Source of the DNA: an uncultured Alphaproteobacteria bacterium
GTDB lineage: Bacteria > Pseudomonadota > Alphaproteobacteria > Rhizobiales > Xanthobacteraceae
Length of the DNA stretch: 64,000 nt
Assembly (NCBI GenBank): GCA_963806465.1
Contig: CAWDZD010000051.1
Coordinates: forward strand, 32,810 to 96,809
Direction: 5' to 3'
Shown: one piece after another, positions 29,844 to 39,429 of the stretch
How positions within the stretch are numbered: position 1 is the stretch's first letter
Layout of the letters: the number at the start of each line of letters is the position of its first letter
Notes under the pieces: model-generated
Databases searched by the model: none
Seen by the model: the letters and a program-made list of their open reading frames with translations, nothing else
Told to the model about the DNA's origin: nothing
Translations under genes and position numbers: made by a program

Positions 29844-30745
29844 CCTTGGCCCACGAGCGCACCTCGCAGTTCTTCGAAAAAACGCGGCGCGAGCGGCGTA
29901 ATATCGTCACCCCGGAAGGAGTTCCGATTCCGGTTGCGCTCGCGGATCACAGCGAACGCTTCACCGCTTTTGCGCTCGACTGGGTGATCTGGACTCTGCT
30001 GTTGCTGGCGATCTATGTGCCGCTGCTGCTGGTGGCCGGCTTTGGCAGCTTCACGCTGATCGCCATATCCATCGCACTGTTCATCGGCTTCGTGGTTCGC
30101 AACATCTATTTCGTTTATTTCGAGATCGCCTGGCGCGGCGCAACCCCGGGCAAGCGCATCGTCGGCATACGCGTCGTCGACCGCGCCGGAGGACCGCTGC
30201 TGCCGTCCGCCGTGATCGCGCGCAATCTCACGCGCGAGGTCGAAATGTTCCTGCCGCTGGGCATCCTCTTGTCGGGAGGCAAATCGGCCGGCGGCGGGGT
30301 GGACTTGATGCAGCTCTCGATCGGCGTGTGGCTCGTTTTCTTTGCGGCGCTGCCGCTGATCAACCGCGACCGCATGCGCGGCGGCGATCTGATTGCCGGT
30401 ACCATGGTCATCGCGCTGCCCAAGCTCACGCTGTTGAGCGACCTCGTCGAGCGCGCGGCGCAATTCACCTTCACCGAGCAGCAGCTGCGGGCATACGGCG
30501 CCTTTGAATTGCAGGTGCTTGAGGAACTGCTGCGCCGTCCGCCGACACCGGCCGGCGCCGTGGTATTGCGGGAGGTCTGCGACAAAATCTGTCACAGGAT
30601 CGGCTGGACTTCAGAGGTGCCGCAAAATCAGCTGGTGACATTCTTGCGCGACTTCTACACCGCCGAGCGGGCCTTCCTTGAGCGCGGGCAGCTTTACGGC
30701 AAAGTCCGTGCCGACAAGTTCACCCCGCCGGCGCTTCCGACGTGA
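29840..30745 (+). CDS. RDD-family membrane protein
   Basis: ATG 29840 overlaps the upstream stop (ATGA). RFTAFALDWVIW... and GATPGKRIVGIRVVDRAGG are typical RDD patterns. Confidence 0.75.
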   Translation: MTLAHERTSQFFEKTRRERRNIVTPEGVPIPVALADHSERFTAFALDWVIWTLLLLAIYVPLLLVAGFGSFTLIAISIALFIGFVVRNIYFVYFEIAWRGATPGKRIVGIRVVDRAGGPLLPSAVIARNLTREVEMFLPLGILLSGGKSAGGGVDLMQLSIGVWLVFFAALPLINRDRMRGGDLIAGTMVIALPKLTLLSDLVERAAQFTFTEQQLRAYGAFELQVLEELLRRPPTPAGAVVLREVCDKICHRIGWTSEVPQNQLVTFLRDFYTAERAFLERGQLYGKVRADKFTPPALPT

Positions 30746-30925
30746 CCTGCCGCAACGAAACGACCCGCCGTGTCGCGACGGGTCGCATCTTGGATTGCCG
30801 CTGCTTAGACATGATCCGGAAAAGTGGAAGCCGGTTTTCCGAAAAGATCATGCTCCACCAAAAAGCTAGAGCGCCAATCGACCCAATTGAGACGATGGCG
30901 CTCTAAGCAGACAGACGGCCAAGGA

Positions 30926-31672
30926 TTACTCGAACACGGCAGCGATTTGATCGGTATCGACGCCTTCCTTGGCGACGCGCAGGTCGTGATACATCACGAC
31001 CACCACGATGGCCGAGAAGGCACCATAGAACGCGCTCCAGATCAGCTTGAGGACCATGCCGATGGTCGTGCCGACGCCGAGCGCGACCGCTTCCACCATA
31101 CCGCTGCCGACGATGCCAATGATGCTGAGCACGATGACAAAGCCGAACACTTTCCAGCGATGACCCTTGGTCAAAAACTGGCTTCGCATCATGGCGTTCC
31201 AGGGACCGATCCGTTCAACCACGCATGCCGGAGTGGCGACATACCACATTGTCAGCAGCATGAAGCCCGGAAAGATCAGCGCGATAGAGGCCAGTCCGGC
31301 GAGCATTGCCGACAAAATCGCCACGCCGATGACCGGAACAAACCGGCGCCACGCATATTGAAAGGACGCCAAGATGTCGACCTGTCCGCCGCGCATACCC
31401 TCGAACGCGCCGTAAAGGACAGTCGCCTGGCTGAGAGCGCTGAGCACGATCGTCAGCACGATGCCGGTGAGAAGCCAAGCGACATCCCAGCCGGTCTGCG
31501 CCGCGCCGCTGTGGCGTTCGAACAGCAAGACCTGCGGCAGCGCGGCAACGCCGGTGACAATGCTGAAAGGCAGCAGGTTGCGCGACAGCATCGTTATGGC
31601 TTTGTTCATGGTGTCGCCAACCCGAAACTCGCGTTCGGCAACGCTGGCGGCAGGCATTAATGTGTCGGTCAC
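30926..31672 (-). CDS. Integral membrane protein of unknown function
   Basis: About six predicted TM segments and a GC3-rich ORF. No family recognised. Confidence 0.7.
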   Translation of the reverse strand: MTDTLMPAASVAEREFRVGDTMNKAITMLSRNLLPFSIVTGVAALPQVLLFERHSGAAQTGWDVAWLLTGIVLTIVLSALSQATVLYGAFEGMRGGQVDILASFQYAWRRFVPVIGVAILSAMLAGLASIALIFPGFMLLTMWYVATPACVVERIGPWNAMMRSQFLTKGHRWKVFGFVIVLSIIGIVGSGMVEAVALGVGTTIGMVLKLIWSAFYGAFSAIVVVVMYHDLRVAKEGVDTDQIAAVFE

Positions 31673-31909
31673 GGCGATCGCCTCCTGTGATGCGATTGTT
31701 CTCGCCTTGTTGGTCGCTCACGAGCAGCCGATGGTTCACTGTCAACCATCGATAAAGGCTTACTTAATGCACAACATTGCCTGTGAATGTGTGACATACG
31801 ACACCAAAATCTATCTCGCGGTTTAACGAGCCAACATCGTTACCGGCGCGATCCTTCGCTAAGAGTGTGCCCGGATCGGCCGCCGCAATTCAGCCGTCAC
31901 TGGATATAG

Positions 31910-32254
31910 TCAGTTGCACAATTCGTTGGCGGGCGGGAAAGCCGAACAAGGTGGTATGGCCGACGTGTTGCTGAGGGCTCCACCGCTCGATCCTGATCCG
32001 CCGCTCGATCCAGACCCGCCGCTCGATCCATAGCCGCCGCTGCTCGGGCCGGTGACGACGTTGCAGAAAGTCGCGGTCATTTCCTCGATGCAGATCACGC
32101 CGGTCGTTGGCGCTTGCGAGCCAGTCGAGTGGCCGGCTCGACCAGCGGACTGCTGGCCGTTCGACGTAGCGACTTGCGCAGCCACCGGCGGCAACGCCAG
32201 GAGCGGCGTGAAGAACAGCACCAACGCCACCGTGTCGATTAACGGACGATTCAT
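31910..32254 (-). CDS. Small secreted Gly/Ser-rich protein
   Basis: Start trimmed to ATG 32254. Signal peptide MNRPLIDTVALVLFFTPLLALPPVAAQ. Contains a GGYGSSGGSGSSGGSGSSGG repeat. Confidence 0.5.
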   Translation of the reverse strand: MNRPLIDTVALVLFFTPLLALPPVAAQVATSNGQQSAGRAGHSTGSQAPTTGVICIEEMTATFCNVVTGPSSGGYGSSGGSGSSGGSGSSGGALSNTSAIPPCSAFPPANELCN

Positions 32255-32539
32255 CACATGCGCCACTGGCCATGCGGCTCTGATCAGGGCGACGCGCCCC
32301 ATATCCCCGATCGACTTCCTGTTCGCCGACTAAACCCCAAACCAGCGGTCAGGGTTCCAAAAGCAAAAGACGCGCCACGACCCACCACATGAAGGCCGAT
32401 GCAAACGCCAACGCGGCGGGCGCGCCACGTTCGCGGCGCGGTTTCAATCTCGCCGAACTGTGCTGCGGGTCACATCTTCACAGGCCGAGCGCGGATACGA
32501 GCATCCCGACTACGAACTAAAAACGATTGAGGTGATGCT

Positions 32540-32818
32540 ATGAAGAAGATCCTGACTTCTCTGGTCGCGGTGGCGGCGATCGGTGCAGCGGCAGTCGGCT
32601 CATCCAGCGCGGCAGAGGCGCAGGGCTGGGGGCCTGGCTGGGGCCCGGGACCGTTTATCGCTGGCGCGCTCATCGGTGGCGCGATCGTCGCGGCAGCAAC
32701 GGCACCGCGTTACTACGGCGGATACGGGCCCTACTACGCGACTCCATATGGTTATAACTACGGGCCGGGCTGTCAGCGCGTGTGGAACGGCTATTACTGG
32801 GTTCGCGCTTGCTACTAA
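32540..32818 (+). CDS. Small secreted Gly/Tyr/Pro-rich protein (92 aa)
   Basis: GAGGTG SD. Signal peptide MKKILTSLVAVAAIGAAAVGSSSAAEA. Mature part QGWGPGWGPGP...YYGGYGPYYATPYGYNYGPGC. Confidence 0.65.
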   Translation: MKKILTSLVAVAAIGAAAVGSSSAAEAQGWGPGWGPGPFIAGALIGGAIVAAATAPRYYGGYGPYYATPYGYNYGPGCQRVWNGYYWVRACY

Positions 32819-32840
32819 GGGCGCGACTTCATTCGATGAT

Positions 32841-32872
32841 GGCGCCGCCACAAAGCGGCGTCTTCATTTTTT
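32841..32872 (+). terminator. Rho-independent terminator
   Basis: ggcgccgc-cacaaa-gcggcgtc (8-bp stem with one G-U pair), followed by ttcatttttt, 23 nt after the stop at 32818. Confidence 0.6.
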
Positions 32873-33476
32873 GCTCACGCGGGTTTTACCCGCGTCGGTT
32901 TGATCAGGCCCGTTTGATCAGCAAGATGGACAAACGTTAACGCGCGACGCGCGGGCAAGCGCCCGGCGCATGGATAAACATTAATGTGCGAAATGCTTTG
33001 AAGGAGCCCACGGCGCTATTAGATTGAAGCTAATAGGCCAACCGGGCGGCACACCATCCCCCGACACCCTGCCGCCCGATCAGAAGCCTAAGCTGAGGCA
33101 ACAGCCTAACAACCCCGAGCATCTATGCGCTTGGGGTTCTTTTTTGTGGCGACAAAGTGCCTTTGTTCGAGCGTCGCCCATTTTGTTGAAGCCTGTGGCG
33201 CATCGGCCACAATGCAAAACCACGCAGCCGAACCCGAACGGCTCAAGCGGCCGATCGCACCGTTGCGAAAGCGCATTGTGTCAGAAAAGCAGCAGCGGCG
33301 ATCCGGCCAACAATCCACCGACAAGCAGCATTGCCCATTCAGTTGCTCGAAGCGACAGCAGTCTGCCGTCGTTCACCACGTAGCGGATCATTGCCAGTAC
33401 CCTTCCCCCAAGAACTGCGAGATTCTGCCCCGAGAATCTGCCCCAAAGAATTCGATGTGCCGCACCATAGCGAAGG

Positions 33477-33572
33477 ACCGCGCAAGAAGCTGTCGCCTGG
33501 AGGCAACACTGATCTTAAAAAGGATCGCCTGAATGAAAGATCGCGCTAGAACCTGTCGCCTGGAGGCAACAC
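33477..33572. repeat. Two direct copies of a ~33-nt element, each containing the hairpin TGTCGCC-TGGA-GGCAACA
   Basis: gaccgcgcaagaagctgtcgcctggaggcaacac (33477-33509) and gatcgcgctagaacctgtcgcctggaggcaacac (33539-33572). Confidence 0.75.
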
Positions 33573-34348
33573 CTATAAAAAAAGCCACTAGCGGCAGTCC
33601 CGGTTGGAGCGGGCACATCGACCGATTTGCAATTGGCGTGGCCGCTTCGCCTGAGCGCATACCACGCGCCCGCCAGCGTAACCCGGCCTCCTGCGGAAGA
33701 GTGCATGATGTGCGCTAATTGAGCGGCTCGGAGAGCCTGCTCGGCGTCAATTCTAATAACGTGATTGGGATTGGGCCGTTCGTCCGCATCCCCCTGGCTG
33801 TAGTCGCGGAAAGGGCCGTCACGCGCGGTGATCACCGCGCGCACACCCTCTTGCTCCGCCCGGTGAATGAAATCGATCGCGTCCGGAGTGTTGCGCATCA
33901 ATCCGTCGAGGATCGGCCCGAGAATCTGCGTGCTGTTAAGCCCCATGTTCTCGTAGGCCTGGTTGACGATGAGTTTCATTGCCGCCAGTTGCGAGGACGG
34001 GATCGAGGCGAGCTGCTGCGCCAAGTGGCGGACCGTCGCTTCCAGTTCGGCGAAAGGTACAGCGCGGTTAATGACACCGACGTCGGCAGCCTCGCGGCCC
34101 GAAAGCGGTTTGCCGGTCAGTGCGTATTCCTTGGCCTTCGTCAGCCCGAGCCGATAAAGCCATAGCCCGCTCAGGTAACATCCCCACATCCGCGCGTACG
34201 GCGTTCCGATCCGCGCGTCTTCGCTGGCAATGACAAGATCGGCGCACAGTGCGGTGTCGCTGCCGCCGCCGACGCACCAGCCGTGCACCTGCGCGATGAC
34301 CGGTTTTGGCGCGCGCCACATGCACATGAACTTCTGCGTCGGCGCCAA
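33515..34348 (-). pseudogene. Enoyl-CoA hydratase/crotonase-family gene lacking roughly the first third (5'-truncated)
   Basis: The ORF begins inside the fold at KPVIAQVHGWCVGGGSDTALCADLVIASEDARIG (the oxyanion-hole region). No crotonase N-terminal segment appears in any frame between 34349 and the tRNA fragment at 34471. The tail after about 33720 looks non-homologous. Confidence 0.6.
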
Positions 34349-34470
34349 CGCCTGCGCTGTGGACCAACACGACCACGAATATGCAGGCGGCGAACGTACC
34401 GTCCGACTTCCGCGCGCCCGTTTCGGTCGCGGAATTGGTCGCGGCAGCGATCTGAATCTGGGCTAAGTAT

Positions 34471-34530
34471 TGGTCGGAGTGGCAGGATTTGAACCTGCGA
34501 CCCCCTCGTCCCGAACGAGGTGCGATCCCG
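34471..34530 (-). pseudogene. tRNA 3' half only (long variable arm, T-arm, acceptor and CCA; Ser/Leu-type); putative att remnant
   Basis: The minus strand reads ...cacctcgttcgggacgagggggtc GCAGG TTCAAAT CCTGC CACTCCG A CCA. No complementary 5' acceptor strand (CGGAGTG) or anticodon arm lies within 130 nt upstream. Confidence 0.65.
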
Positions 34531-34837
34531 GACGTCTCTTGAAAGATCATCGTTTTTCGCGCGCATCCGACCCTGTTTGTTCACATTCGATTCACGCGAA
34601 GCTTTGGCCGACGTTTGGCCGGAAGAACACCGCGCACTTTGCGCCTCGCCGATCGTCGCAGTGCCAAGTAGATGGCGGCCATGAACGAACGAGAGGTCTT
34701 CCGCCGCCGTTGACCGTCGAAGATCAATCCGTCACCGGACCGGGGCTTTCACTCGCTGAGTGGGCAAACACCTGGATGTTGGCCCAACGTGAATCAGGTA
34801 AGTTGGCCGCCCCAGGCATCGAGACCGATGGTGTAGC

Positions 34838-35086
34838 ATGTCACAGCATGCCGAGATGAGTAGCGGGCCTACGACCCCGCCGATTACCTGCTCCGCCGCG
34901 GCTCAACGCATGCACGCCCACCGGAAAAGGCGCCAAGCGGGCCTTCGTTGTCTGACGATCGAGTTACGCGAAACAGAAGTCACCGAGCTAATCCGAAGGA
35001 AGCTCCTGGAAGCCGGTGCGCGTCACGACATTCACGCTATCCGCAGCGCGCTTCACCGGCACCTAGACGAGAGCTTAGGTGCATGA
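34838..35086 (+). CDS. Small hypothetical protein (82 aa)
   Basis: AHRKRRQAGLRCLTIELRETEVTELIRRKLL resembles small proteins seen on rhizobial mobile elements. This is from memory and is not verified. Confidence 0.5.
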   Translation: MSQHAEMSSGPTTPPITCSAAAQRMHAHRKRRQAGLRCLTIELRETEVTELIRRKLLEAGARHDIHAIRSALHRHLDESLGA

Positions 35087-35194
35087 AGGGGTCCTCTGAT
35101 CTCGCGCCCCATTTCCCTCCTCCAAAATACTCCGGAAATATCGTATTTTATCCGAACCGCTCTGAAAGCCTTGATTTTCCCGGACTAAAAAACC

Positions 35195-35653
35195 ATGGGC
35201 AGACCCAAAGGCGCACGAAACAAATCGACTATCATCAAGATGGCCGAAAAGGAATTGGTCGATGAGAAATACGACGGCCAAACTCTCGATTGCCTGTTCG
35301 TCATCGAAAAGGCGATGAAGCACTTTTACATCCAAGCTGAAACCGGAAAGGCCGTTGGCCGTAGCCCAGAACAGGTAGACGAGGACTATCGCCAAGCCGC
35401 GGCAATGGCCAACCTAGCGGTTCCTTACAGGCATTCACGCCTTAGCGCAGTGAAGCTTGCTGGTGACCCGAACAATCCAGCCCGGTTCAAGGACGATGCC
35501 ACCGCCGACGAGCTACGCGCGGAGCTTATGAAGCGGCTTAAGATTTTGGTTTCGGCGGGCCTGATCGACCTAAAAGCTTTGCCGGTGCCTGATGGGGGAA
35601 TAGCGAATCAGTCGATACCCGGCGGCGCTCAATCGCGGATCAACGAGGAGTGA
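35195..35653 (+). CDS. Hypothetical protein, paralog A (152 aa; MGRPKGxxN N-terminus)
   Basis: About 55-60% identical to 47465..47920. Shared blocks: DPNNP, RFKDDATADELRAELMKRL, SAGLIDLKALP and GGIANQSIPG. Confidence 0.7.
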   Translation: MGRPKGARNKSTIIKMAEKELVDEKYDGQTLDCLFVIEKAMKHFYIQAETGKAVGRSPEQVDEDYRQAAAMANLAVPYRHSRLSAVKLAGDPNNPARFKDDATADELRAELMKRLKILVSAGLIDLKALPVPDGGIANQSIPGGAQSRINEE

Positions 35654-35693
35654 CTTTTACACGACCCTCGTGCGAACTGTGTCAATCGGTGCC
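35654..35693 (+). repeat. Island repeat family, copy 1 (part 1: CTTTTACAcg..TGCGAACTGTGTCAATCGGTGCC)
   Basis: Starts right after the stop codon of paralog A. Confidence 0.8.
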
Positions 35694-35747
35694 AGCAGCG
35701 CAATTTGCTGTGCCAAATAGCGCTGCATTCTGCCGGGAGGAGCAACA

Positions 35748-37004
35748 ATGGACACCGTAAGTCGAACGCGCCTGGATGTGCCCGAGCCCTATCTAACACC
35801 CGAGCAATTGATATCGCGGGCTCGCGCGCTCCGGCCGATGGTGCGGGCAGAGGCAGAAGAGGCAGAGCAGCGTGGCTACTACTCCGAGACGTTGCACAAC
35901 GAGTTCACCAAAGCGGGCTTCTACCGGTGCCTTCAGCCGCGCCGGTTCGGCGGCTATGAATTCAGCATCCGCACCTTCTTCAAGAGCATGATTGAAATTG
36001 CCGCAGGCGATCCGGGCATCGGTTGGTGCCTAACGCTGGCCTGCGGCCATGCCCTGCAGATCGGCACTAATTTCGACGAAGCGGCGCAAGCCAGAATTTT
36101 TGGTCCTGACGGCCATTTCATTGCGCCGTATTCACCGAGCGGGCCCTCGGCTGACGCCGAATGCGTTGCCGTGGCCGGTGGCTATCGCGTCAAGGGCAAA
36201 TGGCGCTACGCCTCAGGTGTGCCCTATGCCACCCACTTCATGGGGTTGGCACCGCTCAAGCGCTCGCGTCCGGGCGGCCCGACGCGCAAGCTTGTTACCG
36301 TTGTGGTGCCGCGCGACCAATTCGAGATGCTCGACGATTGGCACGACATGTTCGGCCTCAAAGGCAGCGGTTCGAACAGCGTCGTCATCAAGGACGCATC
36401 AATTCCCGAGGATTTCGTGGATGAGACCATTTTCGCAGACGAAGGCAGTGGGGATATGCCGGGCGTCAAGCTGCACGGCAATCCCCTGTACAACGGGATT
36501 TTCATGGCCTTCGGCGCGGGGGAACTAGCCTGTTCGCAGGTCGGCGCGGCCTGGGCCGCATTGGAGGAGTTTGAAAAGCATATCCGCACGACGAAGCCAC
36601 TGCTGTCGTCCAAACCGATCTTCAAATATCAGCATCACGACTGGCAACGCATCTTCGGGCTTGCACTATCGATGACCCATGCCGCTGAAGCCGTGTTGCT
36701 GCGCAGCGCGGAGCTTTATGTCGAATATGCCAAGGCGCGAACGGAGCGCACCGGCCAATTCACGCAGAAGGAAACAATGTTGTTGATGGGCATGCAGCAT
36801 CAGGCCGCGCGCATCGCGTGGGAGGCGGGGTATGATTTGTTCCGCGCCTCAAGCTCGGCGAGTATCCGCGATGGTCAGCCAATGCAGCGGTTCTTTCGCG
36901 ACTTCGCGACGTTCCGTAACAACCCGGTCCATCAGCCCGATTTCGCCGCGACCCGCATCGCGCAAGCCTATTTCGGGCTTCCAATCGAAGACTTCGATTT
37001 GTGA
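35748..37004 (+). CDS. Acyl-CoA dehydrogenase-fold protein (likely a two-component flavin-dependent monooxygenase type)
   Basis: GGGAGGAG SD. The N-terminus YLTPEQLISRARALRPMVRAEAEEAEQRG...FYRCLQPRRFGGYE is typical of the ACAD-type-2 / HpaH-like oxygenase group. Confidence 0.8.
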   Translation: MDTVSRTRLDVPEPYLTPEQLISRARALRPMVRAEAEEAEQRGYYSETLHNEFTKAGFYRCLQPRRFGGYEFSIRTFFKSMIEIAAGDPGIGWCLTLACGHALQIGTNFDEAAQARIFGPDGHFIAPYSPSGPSADAECVAVAGGYRVKGKWRYASGVPYATHFMGLAPLKRSRPGGPTRKLVTVVVPRDQFEMLDDWHDMFGLKGSGSNSVVIKDASIPEDFVDETIFADEGSGDMPGVKLHGNPLYNGIFMAFGAGELACSQVGAAWAALEEFEKHIRTTKPLLSSKPIFKYQHHDWQRIFGLALSMTHAAEAVLLRSAELYVEYAKARTERTGQFTQKETMLLMGMQHQAARIAWEAGYDLFRASSSASIRDGQPMQRFFRDFATFRNNPVHQPDFAATRIAQAYFGLPIEDFDL

Positions 37005-37092
37005 CCGTCCACGACGTCTGGGGAGCATATGATCGCTATGTTTCGATGCATCGGCGGAGAAAATCGCAGGGGGGCAGTTGTGATTTTCCACA

Positions 37093-37163
37093 TTGCGAAC
37101 TGTGTCAATCAGTGTCACGCCGCGCCTTGTGTCGTCTCAAACAGTGCCAGCCTCGATCAGTGG
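37093..37163 (+). repeat. Island repeat family, copy 2 (parts 1 and 2 contiguous, part 2 with a 5-nt insertion)
   Basis: ttgcgaactgtgtcaatcagtgtcac...cttgtgtcgtctcaaacagtgccagcctcgatcagtgg. Confidence 0.8.
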
Positions 37164-37270
37164 ACCGCCGCACAGATGCCGAGGGCCTTCCTGACACGAT
37201 TTGGCACCGACGGTCGTTGACGGCGCGTGGTATCATCTCGTTATGCAACCGTATCCCTGGGATCCCCTCC

Positions 37271-37696
37271 TCAGAACTTCTTGAAGCATTCCCCTAAATT
37301 GAACATTTGCACGCTACCACACTCCACCACGTTGTTGCTGCCGTCCTGATGTACTTCGATGCTGTAACTGCGTCCATTCGTACACATGACATTCCAGAAT
37401 GTGTCATTCTCATTTGTCGGCGGAACGGGTAGTTGCGGGCGACGATCACCTTTGGGCTGCGGAATGTCTTTCATCGTGCCCTGATAGAATGCTGTCTTGC
37501 CCTTGCATCCTTCGCCAACGATTTTGCCGAGGATGTCGGCTTGACGTTGAGCCGACATTGCAAGGAGCGAATCGTTTGCGGGATTATTTACGTCACCGGC
37601 CCAAGTGATCGTTGTTGACAGAAAAGCGGCCAGCGGGAACGCGAAACGTAATGCGTCCCTCCTTGATGGACTCACTGCTCTTACTTCGATCCTCAT
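37271..37696 (-). CDS. Secreted hypothetical protein (141 aa), low GC
   Basis: Start trimmed to ATG 37696 with a GGGGAGGGA SD. Signal-like LRFAFPLAAFLSTTITWA. Four Cys residues. Confidence 0.65.
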   Translation of the reverse strand: MRIEVRAVSPSRRDALRFAFPLAAFLSTTITWAGDVNNPANDSLLAMSAQRQADILGKIVGEGCKGKTAFYQGTMKDIPQPKGDRRPQLPVPPTNENDTFWNVMCTNGRSYSIEVHQDGSNNVVECGSVQMFNLGECFKKF

Positions 37697-37947
37697 TGTC
37701 CCTCCCCTCAGCATCCTGATCTCGGTGGGGAGAAGTCGCTTCCGGCAGATGCAACAGGGGCAATTTAGTTTAGCCCTAAAATTTGGGCTCCGGAATCGGG
37801 CCTCTAGCTGGCGTGAAGTAGCTTGTGGGTGTGAGGCGACCATCATTAGGCGCTCTGGATATTGTGGCCCGTTGCGGGCTGCCGCGATTTGAACCGCTTG
37901 CCGCCGAATTTCGACACACCCTTAGAGCAAGCCCAATGGAGGGTGCC

Positions 37948-38136
37948 ATGACAAACGGTTCGAGCGGCCTGCAACAGCATGACTATTATCTCGTACAACT
38001 CGACGGGCGGACAAAATCGAAGCATAGGCGCTTCATCGATGCATTGCGCGTGGGCTTGCAACTGAGGGATCAGTTCCCAGCGCACATCGTCAAGGTCCGG
38101 TCGGCTGAAATGGTCCAGCGGACCACGTTGCACTAG
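37948..38136 (+). CDS. Small conserved hypothetical protein (62 aa); paralog of 12126..12323
   Basis: ATG 37948 follows GGAGGG. MTNGSSGLQQHDYYLVQLDGRTKSKHRRFIDALRVGLQLRDQFP. Confidence 0.55.
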   Translation: MTNGSSGLQQHDYYLVQLDGRTKSKHRRFIDALRVGLQLRDQFPAHIVKVRSAEMVQRTTLH

Positions 38137-38275
38137 TCCGCGGTGGAGGGAAAAGGCTCTGGGTCGATCCGACCACGGCTGCCGCCAATATGATTTGGAC
38201 CGACCTTAACCACTTCGACGCATGCTCCCAGACATTGCGAACCGTCCCCGAGGCAGGACTAGGCGCGAGACACCG

Positions 38276-38722
38276 ATGAAAGTTGACGTCTCCACAGCAT
38301 TGGATTGCTCCGCCGCCAAGGCGTGGGGTGAGGTGCAAAAGAGCGCGCTTCTCCTCCACGTTATCTGGCCGCTTGCCCGGATAGGCACATTCGGTCTGCC
38401 GGACTTGCCCGAACAATGGAGCCAGGGGCAGACGGTGCAATGTCGCCTGTACGTTTTCGGGTTCATTCCAATCGGCGTCAGGGACCTTTATTTTCAGAGG
38501 ATTGACCAAAATGCCTATTGCATCGTCACGCGGGAGAGCGATCCGGTGGTCCGAAGCTGGAATTACACGATCGCGATCACACCGTCAGGACCCCACCGAT
38601 CTATTTATCGTGACGTGATCGACATCGACGCCGGCCACTTGACGGTGCTGGTATGGGCCTGGACCAATTGGTTCTACCGGCATCGCCAGCGGCGCTGGCG
38701 GGCGCTGGCTAAGACTTTATGA
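38276..38722 (+). CDS. Hypothetical protein, possibly SRPBCC/START-like
   Basis: Start trimmed to ATG 38276 (MKVDVSTALDCSAAKAWGEVQKSALLLHV...). The fold assignment is tentative. Confidence 0.5.
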   Translation: MKVDVSTALDCSAAKAWGEVQKSALLLHVIWPLARIGTFGLPDLPEQWSQGQTVQCRLYVFGFIPIGVRDLYFQRIDQNAYCIVTRESDPVVRSWNYTIAITPSGPHRSIYRDVIDIDAGHLTVLVWAWTNWFYRHRQRRWRALAKTL

Positions 38723-39429
38723 CGACCAAAAAGGTCGCGAGGGCTGATAAGCCACCTTGGAGACTGGACAAGTTGGGACCGCGTGCTGGAAACCGCGGGC
38801 GACTTGGGCCACGCTTTCCACTAAGAAAATCAGCCGACAGTGATCTCCTGCGGAGCCACTGCATACTCAGCCAATGGCCTGCCGCAGTAACGGGCGACCA
38901 GCTTTTGGAAAGCGGCATTGGCGGTTGTCTCCGATCCCTCGAACCGTCTTAGAACGAGCCTATCAATTCCGAGGTCATCCCCGCTGATATGGGCGATCAC
39001 ATCGATCTTAGTTGTATCGGCCAAGAATGTGCGCATGACGATCCCCCCTGCAATTACCGTCCGACGACGACCCAACGCCAGTCATCCACCGTGGTTCCTC
39101 GAAAAGCAGAATTTGTCCACTGGATTGGATGACCACGTCGCGGATCTCGACGGCGGTCACTTGCGACGGGCTGATGGCTGATGGCACCCTGCACCTAGCC
39201 CTCGCACCGATTGGCACTGGTTACGCCGCCCACGGACGCCCGCGATGGCGCACGAGCCACCGAAAGCGGAATAGCCACTCGTATCTGCGCTCTAGCAAAC
39301 GCCGCCATATAAACTTTACAACCGTGTGGCCGACTACCCGCGTTTAGTATTGGGCGATGTCGCCGACTAATATGCGTGAAGCCGCCGTACTCGTTGCTTG
39401 AGACGCTAAAAGCGCGGCGGAAGGTTGTC

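Noticed and set aside
37870-37905. T-loop-like string gcgatttgaaccgc, considered as a possible tRNA
   Set aside because: The flanks cannot form T-stem or acceptor pairing and there is no cloverleaf. It lies in the leader of the small ORF at 37948.
38830-39075. 81-aa minus-strand ORF between the SRPBCC-like and DHFR-like genes
   Set aside because: It has no recognisable motif, the start is unclear, and other open frames overlap it. Evidence is insufficient to call it.
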